A stretch of DNA of 62,507 bases, counting the filler, from Candidatus Zapsychrus exili (GTDB taxonomy: Bacteria > Omnitrophota > Gorgyraeia > Zapsychrales > Zapsychraceae): assembly GCA_030765585.1 (NCBI GenBank). It is 7 parts of 7 records of this genome, joined end to end, with 100 filler letters (N's around TTAATTAATTAA, not from the genome) between each part and the next. Parts side by side here need not be neighbours in the genome. Positions count along the whole stretch, not along the records: positions 1 to 16,588 come from JAVCCJ010000008.1; positions 16,689 to 22,977 come from JAVCCJ010000109.1; 5 more parts are not named here. One strand, given 5' to 3'. The translations under genes were made by a program, and so were the position numbers. This document shows, one piece after another, positions 10,442 through 19,900 of this stretch. The notes under the pieces were generated by a model that was not told where the DNA came from, ran no database searches, and was given only the letters and a program-made list of their open reading frames with translations. Within the stretch, counting starts at the first letter, position 1; each line of letters opens with the position of its first letter.

Positions 10442-11257
10442 ATGAACAATACATTTTTTGCCACAATTGCTGTGCAGCTTGTCGTATTCTTGGGTGTACT
10501 CTTGACACTTCGGGAGAACCAACGTCGTTTTGAAACCAACCTGTGGGAAGAACGAGAAAAAGCAAGAAAGGAAAGAGAATTTCTTGCGAAGCATAAGGCT
10601 CTGTTATCGGCCGCAGAGTCTGTAACAAGATTTATTAATTATTACATGACGCTTCCGGACAGAGAACTTCCTAAAGATGGTACCACTCCAGACGATGTCG
10701 CTGAAATGGGAGTTACACTTAATAATCTTCATTTTTACTGCGACATTGAAACCATTCAGCATTCAATAGACATGAGCCAAATACTAAGTACGTCATTTAC
10801 GAAGGCTTTAAAAGCTAAAATGCCATCTATGTTTATTGCCGATGATATTAAGATAATCGATCTTCAAATTGTGGGGCTTGAAACAATGAATAGCCAGTTT
10901 CAACAAGAAATTCTAGCGCTACTTTCGTCAGATTCATCGAAGCCACTTCTTATATCCAATAGGCAGCAGTTAGTGACCAATTTTAAAAAGATTGCAGAAC
11001 TTCATGGGAGAAAAGTCACTCTAATTAAAGCAAAATACCATGCAACAGAAGCTTGCCGTGATGTAATAAGAAAAGATCTGAAAGAGATCTATGGGGCGCT
11101 AGGTAATGTCCTGTTGATGGCCAGAAGGGAGCTTGCTTTTCCAATTGATGAAAGTCAGTATGCAACTATGCTTAATCGAGCAACTGAATTGGCTCTCGCT
11201 AACATGGAAAGTCTATTCGATGAAATAAGGGCACAGATAGCACAAAAGTTACAATAA
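10442..11257 (+). CDS. Hypothetical helical protein with N-terminal TM helix
   Basis: 271 aa ORF with a hydrophobic N-terminal stretch, bounded by type A elements. Confidence 0.65.
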   Translation: MNNTFFATIAVQLVVFLGVLLTLRENQRRFETNLWEEREKARKEREFLAKHKALLSAAESVTRFINYYMTLPDRELPKDGTTPDDVAEMGVTLNNLHFYCDIETIQHSIDMSQILSTSFTKALKAKMPSMFIADDIKIIDLQIVGLETMNSQFQQEILALLSSDSSKPLLISNRQQLVTNFKKIAELHGRKVTLIKAKYHATEACRDVIRKDLKEIYGALGNVLLMARRELAFPIDESQYATMLNRATELALANMESLFDEIRAQIAQKLQ

Positions 11258-11285
11258 TCCCAACAAAAAATAGTAAAGGAAAAGG

Positions 11286-11304
11286 GGGGACGGTTCTATT
11301 TTAA
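11286..11304 (+). repeat. Type A element, left half
   Basis: GGGGACGGTTCTATTTTAA exact core; a CCTGTCCCC right-half-like motif follows the next gene at 12135-12143. Confidence 0.85.
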
Positions 11305-11360
11305 GGGAAAAGAAGTCAGACACCTTTTTTATTGATAATAAAAAATTGGTGAATTGGTGA

Positions 11361-12110
11361 ATGGAGAAAAGGTTGAATGAATCAGATAAGCCTGCTTTAG
11401 TAGGTATTGTTCCAAGAAAGAATCTTTGGACTGTAATCCAAAATCAAAGATGGTATCATATTCCGGTTAACTCAGCTCCTCATAATGTATTGGGCGTAGA
11501 GTATGTGGCTTTTTATTTTCCTTCGGCTTTTGGAGAAAAACTTAAATATCAAGTAATTTATTATGCTCCAGTTTTAAATATAGATACTGTTAAAAGAATT
11601 CAGCTCTTTCCTGACGAACCCAAACATCCTAGGAAAGATGAGAATTATTATCAATTTCATTTAGGCGAGATTAAAGATTTGCCTCAACCTATTCCCAGCA
11701 AAAGATGGAGAAGAATTGTTCACATTCCTACAAGTTTCCAGAAATTACATTCTGCTAAGGAAATAAATGATTTATATGATACTAGCCCTTTGGAAGAAAA
11801 AATGTATAAGGCTTTGAAGAGAAAAGAAATTAATCCAGAAAGGCAATGGCATGTTCGTTTGAATAACCAGAATTATTTTTTAGATTTTTGTATATTCTGT
11901 CAAAAAGCAAATATTGATTTAGAATGTGACGGCGAAAGATATCATAATATACCTGGCGCTTATACTAGAGACCGTCTTCGTAATAATCAACTAACTAGTT
12001 TTGGTTGGCATGTTTTAAGATTTTCTGGTACAGAAATCTACAGAAAACAAAGTAATTGCCTATCCACAATTGAAAAAACTATACATGCGTTGAAGGGGCT
12101 GAAGGGTTAA
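11361..12110 (+). CDS. DUF559/Vsr-like endonuclease with extra N-terminal domain
   Basis: SPLEEKMY...YFLDF...LECDGERYH...RDRLRNNQL..FGWHVLRFSG. Confidence 0.8.
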   Translation: MEKRLNESDKPALVGIVPRKNLWTVIQNQRWYHIPVNSAPHNVLGVEYVAFYFPSAFGEKLKYQVIYYAPVLNIDTVKRIQLFPDEPKHPRKDENYYQFHLGEIKDLPQPIPSKRWRRIVHIPTSFQKLHSAKEINDLYDTSPLEEKMYKALKRKEINPERQWHVRLNNQNYFLDFCIFCQKANIDLECDGERYHNIPGAYTRDRLRNNQLTSFGWHVLRFSGTEIYRKQSNCLSTIEKTIHALKGLKG

Positions 12111-12323
12111 GGGGTTATTCTTAATAAATGGGTGCCTGTCCCCTTTTAATATTTGTACTTATTATGGACGAAATGAAGGAACTAAATATAGATATAGGGA
12201 GAAGAAAATAAGAGAGTTAGATTAGAAAAATACAAAGTCCACTGGCTCTTTTAACTTAGAAGAGATTATCTTCTCTGTTGTAGGGGAACAATAAGAAAGA
12301 TAAGAAAAAAAGGAATAATATAG

Positions 12324-13505
12324 ATGAAAAGAATAATAATAATTTTTATTGCGCTTTGTTTTTTTTCTGTAAATACTTGTAGCGGCGAAGAATTAAATCC
12401 ACCAGAAATTATGGACAAGTATGGAGAGGCAGTAGTGTTAATTGCAACAGTTAAGAGTAATAACGAAATGGGGCTTGGAAGTGGATTTATAGTTACGGAA
12501 GGCGGCGTTATTATAACAAATTACCATGTAATAGAGGGAGCTTATCCTGCTATTGTTAAGTTGAAAAATGGAGATATTTATGAAGAGATATCAGTAATAG
12601 ATTATAGTGAAAGAAAAGATATAGCTGTGATTAAAATAAAAGGTTTCGATCTACCCCTTGTTGAACTTGGTAATTCCAATGAAGTTAGGATTGGAGAAGA
12701 AATAGTTGTAATAGGCAATCCCCAAGGTTTAGAAAACACAATATCCAACGGGTTGTTATCGCAAATACGAGATACTGAGGGAGGTTATAAGCTTCATCAA
12801 ATAAGTGCGCCAATATCACCAGGAAGTAGTGGTGGACCTGTCTTCAATTTAAATGGGGAGGTTATTGGTATAGCAACTTTAACATGCGTTGAAGAATATA
12901 GTCAAAATTTAAACTTCTCGGTTCCTATAAATTATGCAAGAGCTATGATGAATGGTCCAGTAAAGCAAACTCTTGAGGAATTTTCAAAAGGTGAAGGAAG
13001 GGAGGTTGCAAAAAAATCTAAAGAAGATGATTTGACAAATTTTTTGAATGATTTCCGCGATTGCTTCAATATATATATCACAGCATGTAATCTTCTAGAT
13101 GAGGGGCGAAGAAAGACGAAAAGAAAATATGAATGGGTATATAATGAATATTGTGCTGAGGAAATTTTCATAGGATACGAGGTTAGTTCTGATATCAAAC
13201 TTTCTAGGGAAATGTTTGCAAAAGCTCTTGATGACGCAATTAATATAAATGAATTTGACACTAAAACGGAAAAGGTAAAGAAATCCCTTATTAGAGCACT
13301 TGAATTGCAAGTTAATGCTACCAGTTTTATTGATGAAGGTTATCGTATGAATTCGAAAAACTACCTAAAAGAAGGAAAGGCTAAGTGCAAAGTAGCAGAT
13401 TCGTACGTGCTAGATGCTCTTAAAGAAACATTAAAGATCGTTCCTGAATCGCATAAACAAATGCGAAAGAAAATGGATAAGAATATACAATATTTTTCGC
13501 GATAG
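12324..13505 (+). CDS. Secreted trypsin-like (S1C) serine protease with helical C-terminal domain
   Basis: Signal peptide; GSGF, TNYHV, KDIA, ISPGSSGGP catalytic triad motifs. Confidence 0.85.
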   Translation: MKRIIIIFIALCFFSVNTCSGEELNPPEIMDKYGEAVVLIATVKSNNEMGLGSGFIVTEGGVIITNYHVIEGAYPAIVKLKNGDIYEEISVIDYSERKDIAVIKIKGFDLPLVELGNSNEVRIGEEIVVIGNPQGLENTISNGLLSQIRDTEGGYKLHQISAPISPGSSGGPVFNLNGEVIGIATLTCVEEYSQNLNFSVPINYARAMMNGPVKQTLEEFSKGEGREVAKKSKEDDLTNFLNDFRDCFNIYITACNLLDEGRRKTKRKYEWVYNEYCAEEIFIGYEVSSDIKLSREMFAKALDDAININEFDTKTEKVKKSLIRALELQVNATSFIDEGYRMNSKNYLKEGKAKCKVADSYVLDALKETLKIVPESHKQMRKKMDKNIQYFSR

Positions 13506-13527
13506 TAATTTAAATAGAGAAGTAATT

Positions 13528-13619
13528 GAGGACTGGTTGTAATTTAAAGTAATTAAGCATTGCGATCGAAGTAATAAAGGGGACGGTTCTATTTTAAAAC
13601 AATTAAGTGTTGTGTCCCC
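13528..13619 (+). repeat. Two tandem type A elements (degenerate 13528-13571; full 13579-13619)
   Basis: GAGGACTGGTTGTAATTTAAAGTAATTAAGCATTGCGATCGAAG then GGGGACGGTTCTATTTTAAAACAATTAAGTGTTGTGTCCCC. Confidence 0.88.
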
Positions 13620-13655
13620 GGATTTCCCATATACGAATAATCACAGGAGGAGAAA

Positions 13656-14438
13656 ATGGAAGTTTATGAACGAAAAGATATATCAGAAATAGTGCTAGAG
13701 GATAAAATTAGACAATGCCCTGAATTAATAGAAGAGGGTCTAAAGTTTGTGGACAGACAGAAGAAAACGCCAAGAGGACCTTTGGATTTACTATTAGTTG
13801 ATTCTAAAATGGCCTTAATTGTAGCTGAATTGAAGATCGTTGAAGATGATAACATGTTGATGCAAGCATTAGATTATTATGACTATATAGCAAATAATAT
13901 CGATACGCTTGCACGTATATACAAACAGAGTAATATTGATCCAACACAAACCCCTAGATTAATGCTTATCGCACCGTCTTTTTCTCATTTACTCATTAAT
14001 CGATGTAAATGGATAACGGAAGATATTCAAATTAGTTTGTATGCTTTTCAATATATTACATTTAACCAAGGCGAGAAAGAAACTACTGTATATATACCTG
14101 TAGAAATTCAGCCACCAGTTTCGATCGAAAAAGAACCAGCTACTATTGACAAACATATAAGCTATATTATACCTAATGCGATAAAAAAGTTGGCTAAACA
14201 AATATTAGATGAGATTCAAAGTTGGGATAAAGCTAAAATCTCTATTGATAGCAAGCAATGGGGTGCATCGATTAAGGTTAGCGGTAGCGTTATCGCATAC
14301 TGGGAACCACGACGTAATTTCATACGTATATCAACCTACGATAAAGATAATAAATGGCAAAGTTCCAATATAAGCACAGAAGAACAAAACAGGCAAATTA
14401 TTGACATGGTTAAAAATTATTACACTTCATTATTGTAG
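13656..14438 (+). CDS. NucS/DUF91-like PD-(D/E)xK nuclease with C-terminal DUF5655-like domain
   Basis: LEDKI...LDLLLVD...VAELK...QALDY...LIAPSF. Confidence 0.7.
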   Translation: MEVYERKDISEIVLEDKIRQCPELIEEGLKFVDRQKKTPRGPLDLLLVDSKMALIVAELKIVEDDNMLMQALDYYDYIANNIDTLARIYKQSNIDPTQTPRLMLIAPSFSHLLINRCKWITEDIQISLYAFQYITFNQGEKETTVYIPVEIQPPVSIEKEPATIDKHISYIIPNAIKKLAKQILDEIQSWDKAKISIDSKQWGASIKVSGSVIAYWEPRRNFIRISTYDKDNKWQSSNISTEEQNRQIIDMVKNYYTSLL

Positions 14439-14488
14439 TATAAATAATCGGGTAGGGAAGGATACATAACTGAGGGTTAAACATAAAA

Positions 14489-15073
14489 ATGGTAAACAAT
14501 TTTCTAGATAAGAAATATGTAGTTATTAGCGTAATGGGACCTCATGCCGGTGAATCCGAAGGAGAAATATTTAAACGTAAGATTGGAGATGCAAAAAATA
14601 TCGGTATAACTTTTTGGCTTATGCGCTCGCGGCAAGCAAAACCCTCTCTCGTACAACGTATTTGCAAAGAAGCAAGGGAAAGAAATAAAAATGTTGTTGC
14701 CTTATTCATTGAAGCCTCTTCAACAGGAGGAGCTATGCCGACGAGCTCTGCAAATTCTGCAACATATTATTCAGCAGATAGAAAATATTGGAAGAATCTA
14801 CCAAAAGGATTAAGCCCTGTTACTGGAAAAATTGATAAAGGAGCATATGCGTTAACTTTTGATTTATTAAATTTGCATAACGGTATGATTGATTTGTGGA
14901 ATTATGCTGACTTTTTTAATCAGGATAGCCCGATACGAATTTTTCAGGGAGCCTCAACGCTATGTGCTATCAAAAAAGATATGTCTGCTCATGATAATAA
15001 AATTAAATCTCACAATAGAAAAATAATCGCAATTGGACAACTTTGTAATCCTTATTGTGTTTGGTTGAAATAG
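14489..15073 (+). CDS. Hypothetical protein
   Basis: 194 aa ORF co-oriented in the array; no family recognised. Confidence 0.6.
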   Translation: MVNNFLDKKYVVISVMGPHAGESEGEIFKRKIGDAKNIGITFWLMRSRQAKPSLVQRICKEARERNKNVVALFIEASSTGGAMPTSSANSATYYSADRKYWKNLPKGLSPVTGKIDKGAYALTFDLLNLHNGMIDLWNYADFFNQDSPIRIFQGASTLCAIKKDMSAHDNKIKSHNRKIIAIGQLCNPYCVWLK

Positions 15074-15111
15074 GATTGTCCATCAATAGTAAAATAGGGA
15101 ACTAGAAAATA

Positions 15112-15150
15112 GGGGGCGGTTCTATTTTAAAGTAATTAAGTATCGTGTCC
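15112..15150 (+). repeat. Type A element
   Basis: GGGGGCGGTTCTATTTTAAAGTAATTAAGTATCGTGTCC. Confidence 0.88.
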
Positions 15151-15181
15151 TTGGGATTTATATGTGAAAGGAGTAATAAAT

Positions 15182-16348
15182 ATGTGCTGTCTTTTTTGTA
15201 AACCGTGGGTATGGATTAAAGAACTGTCAAAAAAGAAAATAATAAAAATACTTTTTTTTATTACTCTTTTATTTATTGTTTGGGTCATTATAAAAACAAA
15301 ATTCAGTGCTATGTATTATTTGTATATAAATAATTTATATATACTTATAGCAGCAACTCTATCTAGCATTATAGCAGTTTTTACGTTTCTCTATGACGGG
15401 AAGAATAATACAAAAAAACACAGAAAGGTTATATGCGGTGCTTCATTGTTTTTGTTGTCTTTTTTTTATGTTTGTTTCCCTTTTTATCTTGTTAGCATGA
15501 AAATACCAGAAATGACAGGCAAAGAAGTTTTTCATCTAATAGATGTGTGTAAGGTGAGTTGCGACGCTTTAAGAAATTTAACACGTTTAAATTATTTGCC
15601 TATTGGACAACCAGTAGATAAATATCATATTACCGGTAATAGTTCTTTTTTTGATGCAACTATATGCTATGCGAAAGGTGATGTATATTATGCGTTAGCT
15701 TTGCAAAAATATAAGGAAGCCACAACAGAACTAAGCAAAAAATATCCGTTAGGTGAAGAAACTAAAAATGATAAAGACTATTGTGAGTACTTTTTTTACA
15801 AAGCATCTATAGAATTAAATTCTGGATTTGTCTACATTAGAAGCAACAATCAAAAAGAAGCAATAAAAGCGCTTAAAGATTCGATAAATAGCACAACTAA
15901 AGTTGCAAATAAATATAATTCTTTATCACTAAAGCAAAAAGAGTATATAACAAGTAAAAATGACAAAATCAAAGAGAGTTTTAAGGGTTTTTCATGGGCG
16001 TATTTTAATTTAGGATTATTATGTTTTGATAGTGTTATTCAAGGAATAGAATTACCAGATGATGCTAAACGAGCAAATGAAGAATCGATAACAGGGGAAG
16101 ATGTTCTTTGGCAGGCAGTACGTTATTGGGGGGATAAGGACGATTTACCTTACTATTGTTTGCTTTATGGGTATAGTAAGCAACTTGATGACGTTAAAGA
16201 TGAGAATAAAGCAACAGATATAGAAAGTAAAATAAAAAAATTAACTATAATTGCCAAGGAAAAACTTGATAAGAAGACATATGAATGTTTTTTAAAAAAA
16301 GCTGAAATGGTATATCCAGAAATAGAGGACGATTCTACTTTAAAGTAA
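15182..16348 (+). CDS. Membrane protein (about 3 TM) with TPR-like helical C-terminus
   Basis: Hydrophobic N-terminal segments, AYFNLG TPR-like motif; ends EDDSTLK* inside a type A element. Confidence 0.6.
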   Translation: MCCLFCKPWVWIKELSKKKIIKILFFITLLFIVWVIIKTKFSAMYYLYINNLYILIAATLSSIIAVFTFLYDGKNNTKKHRKVICGASLFLLSFFYVCFPFYLVSMKIPEMTGKEVFHLIDVCKVSCDALRNLTRLNYLPIGQPVDKYHITGNSSFFDATICYAKGDVYYALALQKYKEATTELSKKYPLGEETKNDKDYCEYFFYKASIELNSGFVYIRSNNQKEAIKALKDSINSTTKVANKYNSLSLKQKEYITSKNDKIKESFKGFSWAYFNLGLLCFDSVIQGIELPDDAKRANEESITGEDVLWQAVRYWGDKDDLPYYCLLYGYSKQLDDVKDENKATDIESKIKKLTIIAKEKLDKKTYECFLKKAEMVYPEIEDDSTLK

Positions 16349-16367
16349 TTAAACATTGCGATTGAAG
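16325..16367 (+). repeat. Type A element (variant)
   Basis: GAGGACGATTCTACTTTAAAGTAATTAAACATTGCGATTGAAG, near copy of 13528-13571. Confidence 0.8.
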
Positions 16368-16434
16368 GAAATCCTGAGTATTTTTGAAGGCGGTTCGCAG
16401 ATTCACTAAATAGCTATGAGAATGGAGATATAGA

Positions 16435-16588
16435 TTGAAATCCAAAATTGGAATTGTTGTCTTTATATTAATCCTTGCTGTAATCGGTGGGGGTTTTTGT
16501 TTTGCTGGGGAATTTTATCCGGCCAGCGTGAGTGATATATCCGATCGGGATTATGAACAGGCCGTTATTGAATTGATTGATAATGCCA
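16435..16588 (+). CDS. Secreted protein, probably phospholipase D/nuclease family (5' part, cut by contig end)
   Basis: Signal peptide then DRDYEQAVIELIDNA, typical of PLD-like N-termini; GGAG RBS plus TTG start. Confidence 0.55.
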
Positions 16589-16688
16589 NNNNNNNNNNNN
16601 NNNNNNNNNNNNNNNNNNNNNNNNNNNNNNNNTTAATTAATTAANNNNNNNNNNNNNNNNNNNNNNNNNNNNNNNNNNNNNNNNNNNN
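16589..16688. other. Artificial contig linker (also 22978-23077, 29491-29590, 51614-51713, 56453-56552, 59415-59514)
   Basis: N-run + TTAATTAATTAA (stops in all six frames) + N-run, 100 nt each. Confidence 0.98.
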
Positions 16689-16965
16689 ATTGTGCTTAAC
16701 TTAGGTAATTATATTTTTGAATATAATCATCTTCGTAGACATGGGGGCTTGAACTATGAGACCCCTTTTGATAAACTAAAAAGAGTTACCGAATTAGTGA
16801 GCTAGTACAACAGACCCCCGTCTGTCCCCATTATTGTTAACTACAAGAAGAAAGCGTTTTCTTAAAACATCCCTACTAGTCTTATTATTAAAAGAAATAT
16901 GTTTTATACTTAATATAGGAGAGGGTTATTAGCTATTTACTATAGTTAATAGCTAAGAAAGGAAA

Positions 16966-19900
16966 ATGAATCAAATGGCTTTAAGGGGCGGCACTATCAA
17001 TAAATCACCTATATATAAAGTAATAGTAGTACTTATTATATTATCCTTTATTTCGTCTACTATTGCGCCTATATCCTATGCCCAAATCCTGCCTGCTGTA
17101 GGAACTACTGTTTCGTTAAGCGCTGTGTTTAATCCTGTTGTTATAAAGGGCCTTAAGTTGTATCCTAGCAATCCTTTAAAGTTTGATTTTATAGTAGATC
17201 AAGCAGATTCTAATTTAGTTCAAGAACAATTAAAACAAGAATCCACCAAGCTCATTAAATACTTTTTAGCTTCTTTAACAACCCCTGAAGATGATATGTG
17301 GGTCAACTTAAATCCTAAAGAGAGAGATAGAATAATCCCTCAAGATTTTGGTGTAACTCAAATGGGTCGTGACTTGTTGGCTCAAGATTATATTTTAAAA
17401 CAAATAACAGTCTCTTTAATGCATCCAGAAAAAGAGACAGGCAAGAAATTTTGGGACAAGATATATAAACAGGCTTTTGATAAGTATGGCGTAGTTGACA
17501 TTGATACTGATGTTTTAAGCAGAGTATGGATAGTACCTGAAAAGGCTGTAGTGTATGAGGCAGAGGACAGAGCCTTTGTTGTAGAAAGTAAGCTTAAAGT
17601 ATTGTTGGAAGAAGAATATCTTAATAAGAGTTCAGTGCTAAGTGATACGTGGTCCGAATCAGAATTAAAACGTACCACTTACCACGTACCACTTACTACT
17701 AATATTATTAAATCAGTAATCGTTCCTGCATTAGAAAAAGAAGTAAATCAAGGCAAACACTTTGCTCCTTTGCGTCAGATATATCATTCTATGATCCTTG
17801 CTACTTGGTATAAACGAAATTTAAAAGAAACTTTGTTGGGCAAGGTTTATATAGATCAAAACAAGACCAAAGGCGTAGACATAAAAGATAAAGATGAAAA
17901 GTTTAAGATATACAATCAGTATTTAGAGTCTTTCAAACAAGGAGCTTATAACTATATAAAAGAAGAGTATGATCCTGTGACACAGGAAATAATCCCTAAG
18001 AAATATTTTTCTGGTGGACTTACAGGGTTAAAAATGAAAGATCTTGATGTTATTCAAAGTTTAAATCAAGACCAGTTAAATGATTTTGCAATGGTTACAG
18101 AAGAGAATCGTTTTAAGACAGTTACATCAGATTTATCAGTTTTAAGAGATCAGGCAATGATGGCGTCAAAAATTAGAGATGATATTGCAAAAATTGTCAA
18201 GTCATCGAGGGGGGAAAAGGTAAATTTTGCCGAATTTATGAAATTGGCAAATACTGGTTATTATTCTTATATAGCTGAAATAGGAAAAAATATGGATTTT
18301 GATACTTTCGCGGAGAAAAGATATTTTGGAGAGGCTGTTAGTAATCAAATAATTCAAATGTGGGAAATTATGGGTAAGTCTCATAAATTTAGCATTGTTG
18401 AGATGGGCGCAGGCAACGGAGTTTTAGCGTTTAATGTTATTGACCTTTTAAGAATAAAGGCTCCAGGCTTATTTAACGCTCTTGAGTATGTGATAGTTGA
18501 TGTTGGAGATAAGCTTGTAGGAAAACAAAAAGAAGTTTTAAAAAGTTTTGAAGGTAAAGTTAGGTGGATAGAAAAATCTATCGAAGATATAAAAGATAGT
18601 GATTTGAAAGATATCGAAGGAGTTTTTCTTTCTAATGAGCTTGTTGACGATTTGCCTGGACATAGGATTAAAAAGGTTGATGGTAGTTTAAAAGAAATTT
18701 ATGTAATTTATAAAGATGGCGAGTTTCGTGATGAAATTGGTGATATATCGGAAACGTTGGAAGGTTATATTTCTGGGAAAGATATTCTGTTAAATGAAGG
18801 AGAAGAGACCATAGTAAGACCTTCTGTGGGAAGAATGCAAAAGATTATATCAAATTCTCTTAAGAAAGGTTTTGTTCTGACCATTGATTATGGCGGGAAA
18901 ATTCAAGAGAATGTTGAGGGAAGAGAATATGCTGTTTGGGGTGGAAACAAAGAAAATATAGCAATTGATGAACTTTATGGGTTAATAGGCGCTTCTGAGA
19001 TTACAAGTGATGTTGATTTTTATGACATTGTTCAAGAAGGAAAGAAAAATAATATTAAAGTTAATGATTTTATACATCAAAGGAATTTTATAGGTAATTT
19101 GGTTGATTTTGAGACTTTAGAGAGATTGCCAAATAAAGAGTATTCTGATTTTAATACAAGTTTTGGATTTAAAGTTTTAGTGCAAAGCAAGGGTATAGAT
19201 GAAAGCGTGCAACTAGAAGGTTTTAAAAAGAATAGAAGATATGATTTTGGGGCTACACTTTCTAAAGAGGTAATAGTTAAGATACCAATGCAATTTATGG
19301 ATTTTAAATTTATTGTTATATCTGATTTTTATACTAATGTTCCTAAGGACAAGATCAGGGGCGGTATAAAAACTTTGGAGTCTTATATAAGAGAAAGAGG
19401 ATATGTCTCTTATGGATTTGTTCAAATAGAAAGTATATCGTCAGGATATTTTAAGATCAAAAGAGAACATATTAAGGATATGGTTATAAGAGATGATAAA
19501 GGCAATGTTGTATTCAATGCAAAAGAATACTTTGAGAAAGATAGTAATAAAATTGAAGAGTATGCTCTTTCAGAGAATAGTTTTATTGACAGATATTCTT
19601 CTAGGTTAGATTTGAGTGTTCCATATGTATATAGAATTCCAAAAACATTTCATTTAGAAATAAAAGAAAGTAAAGTAGTTTCATTTGTTGCTAGCCCTAT
19701 AAGTAATTTTGATCAGGCTATGATGGCTGTCGAAGAAGAACAATTGAAATTAAAATTTAATCAGCAAATGGAGTTATTTTCTCAAGAAGAATTAAAAAGA
19801 CTGTTGAATAAGAAGTATGATATGGAAGGTAGTTTTGTTAATAAAAAAGATTCAAAGAAATATAAGCTGTCTGTGATTTCTAGAGGAGTAAGAATTGAAG

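Noticed and set aside
10381..16367. Type A repeats as a CRISPR array or classical attC sites
   Set aside because: Spacing is gene-sized and irregular, there are no cas genes, there is no RYYYAAC/GTTRRRY core and no IntI is visible.
16589..16688. TTAATTAATTAA motif repeated six times within N-runs
   Set aside because: Artificial contig linker. ORFs ending in 'LIN' or X-runs and adjacency across linkers are artefacts, except where the IS30 flanks argue otherwise.
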